Origin: Candidatus Hermodarchaeota archaeon
GTDB taxonomy: Archaea > Asgardarchaeota > Hermodarchaeia > Hermodarchaeales > Hermodarchaeaceae
Assembly (NCBI GenBank): GCA_016840065.1
Contig: JAEOTB010000079.1
Span: forward strand, 1 to 27,952
Direction: 5' to 3'
Length of the DNA: 27,952 nucleotides
In this document: one piece after another, positions 1-8,168 of the stretch
Layout of the letters: each line of letters opens with the position of its first letter
How positions within the stretch are numbered: position 1 is the stretch's first letter
The notes under the pieces: generated by a model
What the model was told of the DNA's origin: nothing
The model's database searches: none
What the model saw: only the letters and a program-made list of their open reading frames with translations
Translations under genes and position numbers: made by a program

Positions 1-933
1 ATGACAGAGCATGCTCACCTCCACGAGCGAAATGAAACTGTTGCAGGGCAATTCATTCTTGAGAACCTGAACCTAGGCGCTTTAGATGCTCAAACCAGCA
101 ATGTCACCGAATTTGTCGCAGACTCACTCCCTGAGCTCCTCACCGAACTTGAGGACTATACGCTCATCAAGCGAGAACTAGTAGCGGGTGACCCCACCTT
201 CCGAGTGGTTCTAACAAGCGAGCTAGGCAGCTATACTTTTAATGAAAGCAGGGACTTCTCTGGGATAGCTAGCGCAACAAGAATCACCTACCAGCCGAAC
301 ATCGGACTGGTCCTACTGAGTTTTCTAGCCCATCCCGTGGTCAACTTTATTCTGCTTCAAATTGGAATCTGGGGGTTCGTATTCTCCCTCAATGCCCCTG
401 GCTACACGGGTGAGATCATAAGCGTCTTCTGCATTATCCTCGCCCTTGTTGGAATAGGAATAATAGGTATCCCATTGGCAGGGCTTCTCCTGATGGCACT
501 GGGCGGAGCACTTGTCGTAATCGAAGCAAAAACGGATGTGGGCTTTGCCGGAGCAGCAGGTATAGGTGGAATCGTCTGTTTTGTACTCGGAGGAATCTTC
601 TTCCTACCTCCTGGTCAGTGGCTGATTACAGCCCAGGCCATGTGGATGTTCTGGGGAATCTCAGTCGGTGTAGCCTTGATGTTCGCGGTACTATTCAGCT
701 ATGCCATAATGAAGGCAGCCGAAGCTCGGAAACTAAAGAGCGAACTTGAAGCCGAGCGGGTTGTTGGGAAACCAGGAATCGCAGAAACCAACCTTGACCC
801 AGAGGGGCGAGTAAAAGCCCTTGGTGAAACCTGGTCAGCTATAGCAGAGAAACCCCCAATCAAAGCAGGAAGGGCTGTGGAAATCGTCCGCCTGGATGGC
901 ATACGCTTGGTTGTTCGAGAAAAACCCGAATGA
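1..933 (+). CDS. nfeD: NfeD family membrane protein (long form: end of ClpP-like domain, TM domain, C-terminal OB-fold); 5' end lies outside the window
   Basis: N-terminal 'RNETVAGQFILENLNLGALDA' resembles the end of the NfeD protease domain. About 5 TM helices with 'FSLNAPG..GEI' and 'IEAK..GFAG..GIGG'. C-terminal 'VGKPGIAETNLDPEGRVKALGETWSA...I.AG..V.IV..DG..L.V' is the typical NfeD OB-fold. The ORF is open at position 1. Confidence 0.9.
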   Translation: MTEHAHLHERNETVAGQFILENLNLGALDAQTSNVTEFVADSLPELLTELEDYTLIKRELVAGDPTFRVVLTSELGSYTFNESRDFSGIASATRITYQPNIGLVLLSFLAHPVVNFILLQIGIWGFVFSLNAPGYTGEIISVFCIILALVGIGIIGIPLAGLLLMALGGALVVIEAKTDVGFAGAAGIGGIVCFVLGGIFFLPPGQWLITAQAMWMFWGISVGVALMFAVLFSYAIMKAAEARKLKSELEAERVVGKPGIAETNLDPEGRVKALGETWSAIAEKPPIKAGRAVEIVRLDGIRLVVREKPE

Positions 934-949
934 GCGAATTAAGTATAAC

Positions 950-2920
950 TCATGTGATTCTGATCTGCCCACTACGATAGGAGAGAAGCGTCCGACACTT
1001 AGGACAATGCCCCTTCGCCCTAACCCACTCGATTATGTGCTCGTAATGAACTACAGCTTCACAGCAGGGCGCAGTGATCACTCGCTGCCCAACACGCAAC
1101 TCCAAGGAACACACAAGACATGGCTCAGAAGCAGCCTCCTTGAGGATATGAACACTGGGCGGCACCAACTGGCTCAGCGGCAACCCCAACCACAAACACA
1201 TCTGCTGGGCCACGACGATGATTCTCTCCACATCTACGGGGCTGGGCTCCGGCGAATCAGGATGAATCTTGTTCCGCAACCTCCGAGCGTGCTGCAATGA
1301 CCAACCGGTCAACCTTCCACCCGGTAGGTGGGGGATGAGTTTTTGGATCACCTTGTGATAGGAGATCTGGGGCTTCGGTTCACCCAAGTATTGTTCGTAG
1401 GCGACGTTTAGTAACGCCTCGACGACGGTCCAGGCGTCGACGGCGGCGTGGCGGTATCGTCCCTCTTCAAAGGAGGTCATGGCATCCCGCATCCATTGCA
1501 TGACCCGTTTCTCTTCCTGCCGGGCTTGTTGTTTTAGGGCGGCTTCTTCTGGTCCCATTTCGGGTGATACTAAAAATTCTGATGGTGTCTCCTGGGAGAC
1601 GTCGCCCAGGGTGCTTGTGGTGGCTTGGCTGGGCTGTATTGGGCTGGTTGGTGGTTCTCTTGCCTGTTTGGCTGCCCGTGACCCCCTCCCCTTGGGGGAT
1701 GGGACTCCTGCCTTTACTCTGCGTTGGCGTATCCAGAGACTTGCAGCGACCAACCCTATAATGATGATTATTACGATTCCGCCTAATAATAGCAGTGTTG
1801 TAGAGGAACCTTCACCAATCCACACACCATGACTGGGTTCGGGGTCGATCCATTTCTGGAAGATGAATGTTTCTATTGCCATCTCTTGGTAATTCTGAGT
1901 TTCATCGCCGCTATATTGGATTAGAAGATAGTTTAGCTCATTTATCTGTTCGATGTTATACAGGCCTATATTGTTGTCATAATACGTGTCTACAGTGTTG
2001 TCGTCGTCTTTGTAAAGGAAGAAATCATACGTGGCTTCATGGGGTACCACTCCGGATTCGTGTTCTGTTTCGCCATCGTCCTCATTGGAATATATTCTCC
2101 CACCTCGTTCACCCCAAGCGTCACTCATGTATAACGATAAATCCCCTCGCGGTGGATCACTTGCACCATTTGTGCCAGAAAGTGAAACACCCCATCTTCC
2201 TACGGGCGTACTTGCATCAGGGTCTGCGCTGTCCCAATGGACACTTTCTAGGGTGATTTTAAACGAGTGGTCGAGTGGATTCCAGTGCGTGCCGCTGGAT
2301 TGGGCCATCAGCCCCTGGTACAGCATCCAGGTGTCGTCTTCTACTGAGACGTCTGTAACGATGAGGTTGCCTCCAGATTCACTAAATGAAGCACCTACAT
2401 CCATGTTGTGCTCTGCCCACTTCGTGGGGTCGAGGGTCCCGTCTTCGAAGTCGTCGAAGAAGAGGAATGTTTCATCTCCGTTACTTACCTCTAGAGCGTG
2501 TGGGTTACCGTAGTAGATGTAGATTGAAGTGGTACCAGGGCTGGCTGGAATAAGGGGAATCTCTACCCATATTTTCGCTGAGAAATCATATATTTCTTCT
2601 TCAATCCAGTAGTCTAGCCCAACGGGCGATTGTCCGTCAGTTGTGAATCGGATGTCCGCAAAATTAGTTTCACACAGTGCTCCGACATAGACACTGTCGC
2701 CAGTATCTATTCCTACTGCCCGATAGACATTGATTAGAATCGGATAATTTGTTTGTTCACCAGCAGTTGAGCCAATAATAACATGGTGCTTGCGATGACT
2801 CCATTCTTCGTTCCACCATGCATCACCGGTTTGAGCCTGAATTGGTAGAATCGAACACGGGTTAAACTGAATGATGATCACGAAAGCGAACAACACTACT
2901 GCTAATGAACTCCTCCTCAT
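950..2920 (-). CDS. Type I membrane protein: signal peptide, DUF2341/beta-sandwich ectodomain, TM, low-complexity linker, HEPN-like domain, C-terminal RING finger
   Basis: Signal 'MRRSSLAVVLFAFVIIIQF'. DUF2341 motifs 'WWNEEWSHRK', 'FADIRFT', 'LDYWIE', 'IWVEIP', 'IYIYYGN', 'TFLFFDDF'. TM 'LLLLGGIVIIIIIGLVAASLWI' followed by RQRRVK (about 1732-1795). HEPN-like 'FEEGRYRHAAVDAWTVVEALL...RRLRNKIHP' (about 1185-1500). RING 'CLVC-x12-APCC-x4-HYEH-x10-CPKC-R' (about 985-1120). Confidence 0.85.
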   Translation of the reverse strand: MRRSSLAVVLFAFVIIIQFNPCSILPIQAQTGDAWWNEEWSHRKHHVIIGSTAGEQTNYPILINVYRAVGIDTGDSVYVGALCETNFADIRFTTDGQSPVGLDYWIEEEIYDFSAKIWVEIPLIPASPGTTSIYIYYGNPHALEVSNGDETFLFFDDFEDGTLDPTKWAEHNMDVGASFSESGGNLIVTDVSVEDDTWMLYQGLMAQSSGTHWNPLDHSFKITLESVHWDSADPDASTPVGRWGVSLSGTNGASDPPRGDLSLYMSDAWGERGGRIYSNEDDGETEHESGVVPHEATYDFFLYKDDDNTVDTYYDNNIGLYNIEQINELNYLLIQYSGDETQNYQEMAIETFIFQKWIDPEPSHGVWIGEGSSTTLLLLGGIVIIIIIGLVAASLWIRQRRVKAGVPSPKGRGSRAAKQAREPPTSPIQPSQATTSTLGDVSQETPSEFLVSPEMGPEEAALKQQARQEEKRVMQWMRDAMTSFEEGRYRHAAVDAWTVVEALLNVAYEQYLGEPKPQISYHKVIQKLIPHLPGGRLTGWSLQHARRLRNKIHPDSPEPSPVDVERIIVVAQQMCLWLGLPLSQLVPPSVHILKEAASEPCLVCSLELRVGQRVITAPCCEAVVHYEHIIEWVRAKGHCPKCRTLLSYRSGQIRIT

Positions 2921-3286
2921 GTTTTCACACCATTGTAAATAATTGAAACCAATCCTTACCTAACCCAGTGTTTGGATTAGAATAATAGAACCATTCTCCT
3001 CTATTTTAATTCTTAGTATGGATGCTTATCTAAATACTAATGATGCTTCCCCTGAGAAACTCGTACTTAGGTATCTATAGTAACTCTTTACTCAAGGACT
3101 CGGGATATTGAGTCTAGTTGTTCCAGCTGGTGATGTATGAAACAACAATTTTTCGAGTTATTGGATAATTCTGGAATTCAACTAGTTGGTTTATCTACAA
3201 TTGATTGTTTAGGGATTGTCCCAACCAAGAGACGAGTAGAAAACTATGCCCCCAATCCCGTAGAGACTCCTCAAATCCTAACTTCG

Positions 3287-4780
3287 CTAGGGGCGTTCTA
3301 TTTTCGCTGGTCTTTCCTCCGAGTGCTCTGGTTGCTCAACTAAATCCTCTCGGGGACTTCCCATCTTCTGCTCTCCAATGTCCTGCCCCGCTTTCGTAGG
3401 CTCCTCCAAAGTCGGTTCCTCAGCTTTCTTGGTTTTTGGTCTAAAGTGCATCCCAAGGGCAATGAACAAGCACCCTGTTGTACTAACAAGACAAAGCCCG
3501 ATGAGGATGGGTGGTGGTCCAAAAATTGGGAGAATACCACTGAAGAAGATGAGCTGCGGAGCCGCAAGAATCAAGGTGAGGGTAGGAAAGAGGGAGTAGA
3601 GGGAATTCCGTGTACGATCAGGAATCAAATCCAGTACCAATCGCTGCTGAAGCACATTCAAAGCGCCGTCAAAGATGCCTGTTATCACAAAGGTCAAACA
3701 GACAATAAGGGCTGGGAGCTGGAAAAACATGAAGGGAAAGGGCACTACGGTTCCATTGACTAGCAGTGAGGGCAAGAAGGCTGTGATGAAGGCGAAGGCG
3801 AAATAGAACACCGCACCGCCAGATTGAAGGAAGGCAAAGATCGCAATCCACCGAGTAGGACTCAACTTCTTAGTCCACACTCCAGCACGCTCTAAACTGA
3901 TGACACCGACAATGTAGAGAAGCGTACGAAACATGGCGACTGCAGTCTGGTCATAGAGGAAGGAGTAGTATACGCCAAATAGAATCAGATTCCCCCACAC
4001 AGAGAATGTGCTCATGGCAAGCACAGTACCGAGAAGAAAGAAGAACACGAACTTGCTAGAAACACTATACTTCAACCCCTCCTTCAAAACCCCATAATAT
4101 TCCCGTAGCGAACGGCGGGGGCGATTTCCAGCAACCTCGGGATAATCCCGAAGCAAAGTTAGACAGGTTACTCCAATGAATATAGCTAGACCACCCTGAA
4201 GGATGAACACTCCTTGACGACTTATAAGATTGGCAAGTAATGCGCCTGGAATCAAAGATAGGGTAGAGGCAATCTGGAAAATCATACCGACCTTACCCAT
4301 AATCACGCTGTACACAGATCTATCTGGGTCATCAGCCACAGCCCGGTAATTCGTATCCCACCATGCTCCAAAAGCCCCAGACATCTGCGCAAACCCGATG
4401 CCCTGTAATACATAAATCAATAGAAATTCCAGTAACGTTGTCGCAAACGCGGTATAAATCGACGCCACACCGATACACAGAAACGCTGTAAGCAGAATCC
4501 ACCGCTGCCCAATCCAGTCCCCCAATCCACCCGTAGGATAGTCTAGGATGAGTTGAACGATACTCTGCACAAACGCCAGGTTCCCTACCAGGGCCAGCCC
4601 GAGTGTCAGGTAGTAGGCTGGACCGGCTAGTACCTCTGCGATATGTACCGCAAGGAAGGTACTCGACAGCATGAAAGTCACTGCGAAAAGAGGGTTGAAT
4701 AGAGCCGACTTCCTAACTAGGGCTTTTACGCGTTCAGGTTGGTCCTTTACACCAAAAAACCGAGCAAGTCTATCTGACAT
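3287..4780 (-). CDS. MFS transporter (paralogue 1)
   Basis: About 12 hydrophobic segments. MFS motif A-like 'LDYPTGGLGDWIGQRWILL'. 'GIGFAQMSGA..AWW'. C-half 'LIPDRTRNSLYS'. Confidence 0.9.
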   Translation of the reverse strand: MSDRLARFFGVKDQPERVKALVRKSALFNPLFAVTFMLSSTFLAVHIAEVLAGPAYYLTLGLALVGNLAFVQSIVQLILDYPTGGLGDWIGQRWILLTAFLCIGVASIYTAFATTLLEFLLIYVLQGIGFAQMSGAFGAWWDTNYRAVADDPDRSVYSVIMGKVGMIFQIASTLSLIPGALLANLISRQGVFILQGGLAIFIGVTCLTLLRDYPEVAGNRPRRSLREYYGVLKEGLKYSVSSKFVFFFLLGTVLAMSTFSVWGNLILFGVYYSFLYDQTAVAMFRTLLYIVGVISLERAGVWTKKLSPTRWIAIFAFLQSGGAVFYFAFAFITAFLPSLLVNGTVVPFPFMFFQLPALIVCLTFVITGIFDGALNVLQQRLVLDLIPDRTRNSLYSLFPTLTLILAAPQLIFFSGILPIFGPPPILIGLCLVSTTGCLFIALGMHFRPKTKKAEEPTLEEPTKAGQDIGEQKMGSPREDLVEQPEHSEERPAKIERP

Positions 4781-4882
4781 GTCTTTGACCTTCCTCGTGA
4801 TACACTTCTAGGAGGTTCTCCATCCAACTAGCCACTTTCCACGGTTATAAGGCGGACTCACCAAGAAAGCACACAAAAAGAG

Positions 4883-4897
4883 GTCACATCATGTGAC
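4883..4897. promoter_or_regulatory. Perfect inverted repeat GTCACAT-C-ATGTGAC, candidate operator between the divergent MFS and wHTH genes
   Basis: Read directly from the sequence: 7-bp arms and a 1-nt spacer, lying centrally in the 4781-4992 intergenic region. Function is inferred. Confidence 0.5.
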
Positions 4898-4992
4898 TAT
4901 CTCTAACAAAGAATAGTGAGTAGGACGAACAGTTGTGGGAGAAAGGCTATATGGTAAAGGGTGTCTTTAGAATAAGAAGGAGCTGAAAGCGG

Positions 4993-6087
4993 TTGCCAAA
5001 GTGGATAGAAGACCTAACAGACCAAATGCATCTCCTCACAGAACCCTCCAAGGAGGATAAACTCGACAGTCTTCAAGAGCATTACCGCTTCATGATACTG
5101 TCACCAGAATGCTACTGGAAAAAAACCCAAGCACTACTAACAGGTCTTCTTGACTCTGAAGCGTTCGAGAGGACTTGGCAAAAACTCGACAAGGAAGCGA
5201 AAAACTGGCGAGTGGGAGAAGGAGTCTTTCTTTCCGAAATACTCACCGATTTCGGGGCACAACCTACAGCTGCGGCGCTAAGCGCCCTCACAACTACTCT
5301 CCGACTGGTCACTGAACCGAATTTACAAAAGAGAGCGGAAACTGCAGCTGAGAGGTGGTGGACACGCTTGAGAAAGTCCATGTGGGGTCATGGCATCGAA
5401 ACTACTGGCAACAGGTTTCACATACTTCAGACTCTCGACCAAGGAGCCGTTCTCCTATCAGAATCCCACGATAATTGGGTGAAAGCTTACCATCATTACT
5501 TCACCGAGTCTCTGATAAAGAAGCTGAAGGATCCAAAACGCTATGGTCATGAATCGGGAGGGTTTGAACTTGAAGCACTACTGCGTCTCAGTCCCATTGG
5601 TGGTGTAATCTCACAGGAGATACTCTCTCTGCTAACAGAGGAGAACCGAGAACTCTTAGCGTATCCAACAATCCAGATTCTTCAGACTCACCGGCTTGAC
5701 AAGGACACACTCGCTAGGTTGAAATCACACGAGATTTGTAATCTACCAACACACCGGTTTAGATTGCACATTCGTGACATCAGCAGCTTCAAACATAGCG
5801 GAAAAGGAACTGTCTACGATGTAGGGGCTATGTATACACTGAATATCTTGGTGCGGAGAGAGCCTATTCTTGCTCTTATGAAGAACCCTGACCAATCATT
5901 CACTATCCAAGAATTGTCGGAGAAGATTGATCAGAACCCAGAAGAGACACAGCTGGTTGTAGGACACCTTGTGAAAAGCGGGCTTGCTAGCTTTGACTCG
6001 TCTAGGGAGTCTAGCGAACCTTGGCACAGTACTGAAACCCGCTTCCACCTAACTAAGTACGGAGCTATCCTTGCAGCTCTCGCTTAG
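4993..6087 (+). CDS. Hypothetical protein with C-terminal winged helix-turn-helix (putative regulator)
   Basis: 364-aa ORF with TTG start preceded by AAGGAG. C-terminal 'FTIQELSEKIDQNPEETQLVVGHLVKSGLA...RFHLTKYG' has wHTH spacing. The N-terminal ~280 aa were not recognised. Confidence 0.65.
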   Translation: MPKWIEDLTDQMHLLTEPSKEDKLDSLQEHYRFMILSPECYWKKTQALLTGLLDSEAFERTWQKLDKEAKNWRVGEGVFLSEILTDFGAQPTAAALSALTTTLRLVTEPNLQKRAETAAERWWTRLRKSMWGHGIETTGNRFHILQTLDQGAVLLSESHDNWVKAYHHYFTESLIKKLKDPKRYGHESGGFELEALLRLSPIGGVISQEILSLLTEENRELLAYPTIQILQTHRLDKDTLARLKSHEICNLPTHRFRLHIRDISSFKHSGKGTVYDVGAMYTLNILVRREPILALMKNPDQSFTIQELSEKIDQNPEETQLVVGHLVKSGLASFDSSRESSEPWHSTETRFHLTKYGAILAALA

Positions 6088-6093
6088 GGATGT

Positions 6094-6104
6094 AAAAGTT
6101 TAAG
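6094..6104 (+). promoter_or_regulatory. BRE/TATA-like promoter (AAAAGTTTAAG) for the 6140 gene
   Basis: Purine-rich BRE plus TTTAAG about 35 nt upstream of the start codon. A similar AAAAGCCTTAAG lies at 8123-8134, upstream of the 8169 gene. Confidence 0.4.
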
Positions 6105-6139
6105 AACGCTATACCAGGGGGATTACTCAGGGAATATAA

Positions 6140-6535
6140 TTGACTTTATCCACAATTGAGCGTTTAGGGATTGTCACCGCCTTTGCCATCACAACAGGCG
6201 CTGTTGTTAGCTTCTTGATCACCTTCACCTTTTCTCTGCAAACTCTATCATTGGGCATGTTAATCACAGGGTGTATATTCATCATCCTGGGTCTAGTCTT
6301 CTGCTGTGAATCATACTCCCATCACAGGAGTAGGAAGGTTCAATTCCATGTCGATAGAACAGGGCAGGTCCAGTATCTTCCTGGAGCTTCAAGAAGGGTT
6401 AGTTCACAACCCCACGAGGAACCCCCCTCTCCCACAATAAGCAGGAAAGATTGGATGGTTTTAACATTCATTTTCCTTATGGGATTTGTGTTCGTAATAA
6501 CTGGATACACCATACACATACTGTTCGTCATCTAG
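6140..6535 (+). CDS. Small membrane protein (3 TM)
   Basis: Two N-terminal hydrophobic helices, a polar loop and one C-terminal helix. It fills the gap between its neighbours without overlap. Confidence 0.7.
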   Translation: MTLSTIERLGIVTAFAITTGAVVSFLITFTFSLQTLSLGMLITGCIFIILGLVFCCESYSHHRSRKVQFHVDRTGQVQYLPGASRRVSSQPHEEPPSPTISRKDWMVLTFIFLMGFVFVITGYTIHILFVI

Positions 6536-6553
6536 GAGACTTTCTACTAGTGG

Positions 6554-7966
6554 CTAGGCTTCGGTTTCTGTGGGTTTTGTGTCAACGTCGGTTGTGAGGG
6601 GATGGGGCACAGGTGTGCCATCCAATATCTCGTCGGGAATCTTCCGCAACGCGTGAGCAACTAACACGCAAGCAAGGATGCTGACTAAGCACAACCCCAC
6701 AAGTACGACCGCGACCCCATAAACCGGCAGGAGACCACTGAAGAGGATTAGCTGAGGTGTCGCTAACAAGAGAGTGAGCGTCGGGAACAAACTGTATAGC
6801 GAGTTACGATTTCTGTCAGGAATCATGTCCAAGAGCAGCCGCTGAACCAACAAATTCGCTGCAGAACCGAATAAACCTCCGAGGATGAAGGCTAGGCAGA
6901 CGAGGATTGTGGGCAGCTGTAGAAACGTGAAGGGAAAGGGTATTCCCGGGGTTGGCGGCATGAAGACAAAGATGGCAGCAATCCCTATGAAGAAGAAGGG
7001 GCCACAGATCTGGAGGTAGCGGAACACAGCAATCCATCTCCGGGGAGAGAGGTTTCGAGTCCATACTCCTGCCCGCTCCGTCCATAAGATGCCGAATGCA
7101 AAGATGATGGTCCTGAAAATTGCCACGCTTTTCTGTTCGTAGAGGAAGCTATAGTAGACTATCATCAGGATGAACGAGCCCCAAACATTTATCGCGCTGA
7201 AGAAGAGCACTGCTCCAATGATGTAGAAGAAGATGAACCTGCTCGAGACTGTAAACTTGAGCCCCTCTTTGAGGAGCGAATAGTATGCGCGGAGAGAGCG
7301 TTTGGGTCGGTTTTCAGCGACTTCTGGGAAATCCCTGAATAGAATCAGAGAGCCAAATCCTAGGATAAGGCAGATGATGCATTGTATGAGGAAGACTCCT
7401 TGTCGGCTGATAAAGTCTGCTAGAACAGCTCCAGGAATGAGTGAAACGGTTGCAGATATCTGGAACAACATGCCCATCCTTCCTTGAGCCACAGAATAGG
7501 CTGATCTATCAGGGTCTTTGGCTGCCGCACGATAGTTTGTATCAAACCAAGCCGCTATAGCCCCAGATTGTAATGCTGCCCCCAAGGCACTAAGGACATA
7601 GACTAGGATGAAGTCGATGTAGGTTGTAGCGAAGGCTGTGAAAAAAGTTGAAGCGGCAAAAGCGATGAACGCGCACAACAGAATCCACCGTTGACCAATC
7701 CAGTCGCCGATTCCTCCGGTGGGGAAATCAAGGACTAGCTGGACTACGCTTCCTACAAGGGCTAGTTGTCCGACCAATGCCATACCTAGAGTCAGATATA
7801 GGGCTGGTCCCACTAGGCTTTCGGCGACGAAGACTGCGAAGAAGGTGGTGCTCATCATGAAGCTCGCAGCGGCGAGTGGCATGAAGACTGCGGCAACCTT
7901 GGCTAGGTATTTGACTCGTGGTGACTCGTTTTGGAGTCCGAAGAATCGTGCAATTAGATCCGCCAA
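6554..7966 (-). CDS. MFS transporter (paralogue 2)
   Basis: 'LDFPTGGIGDWIGQRWILL', 'WFDTNYRAAAKDPDRSAYSV' and 'IPDRNRNSLYSLFPTLTL' are colinear with 3287-4780. The TTG start aligns with the ATG of paralogue 1. Confidence 0.9.
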   Translation of the reverse strand: MADLIARFFGLQNESPRVKYLAKVAAVFMPLAAASFMMSTTFFAVFVAESLVGPALYLTLGMALVGQLALVGSVVQLVLDFPTGGIGDWIGQRWILLCAFIAFAASTFFTAFATTYIDFILVYVLSALGAALQSGAIAAWFDTNYRAAAKDPDRSAYSVAQGRMGMLFQISATVSLIPGAVLADFISRQGVFLIQCIICLILGFGSLILFRDFPEVAENRPKRSLRAYYSLLKEGLKFTVSSRFIFFYIIGAVLFFSAINVWGSFILMIVYYSFLYEQKSVAIFRTIIFAFGILWTERAGVWTRNLSPRRWIAVFRYLQICGPFFFIGIAAIFVFMPPTPGIPFPFTFLQLPTILVCLAFILGGLFGSAANLLVQRLLLDMIPDRNRNSLYSLFPTLTLLLATPQLILFSGLLPVYGVAVVLVGLCLVSILACVLVAHALRKIPDEILDGTPVPHPLTTDVDTKPTETEA

Positions 7967-8168
7967 GTCATGTCTTCTCCCTGTGTGTTGCTTCAGCTTG
8001 GTGGCTAGAGTAGGTAGGAATGCCTGCTCCTTCAGATAAGGTTTCCTATAAATGCAAGTGTGTTTTGAGTTCTGGTTCTTTTGGGTTTCCTAGTCAAACA
8101 ATTGCTGAGTAGGCGTAATTCCAAAAGCCTTAAGTTAACTCCAGTCAATAGCCTCTTTTGAGCAGGAA

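Noticed and set aside
896-2513. Several plus-strand ORFs (896, 1479, 1564, 1867, 2031) and similar antisense ORFs throughout the window
   Set aside because: They are shadows of well-supported genes on the opposite strand and have no domain features.
2921-3343. AT-rich intergenic region and the 68-aa/64-aa plus-strand ORFs at 3137 and 3205
   Set aside because: They overlap the MFS 3' end and have no recognisable motif. No repeat array, tRNA or terminal inverted repeats were seen.
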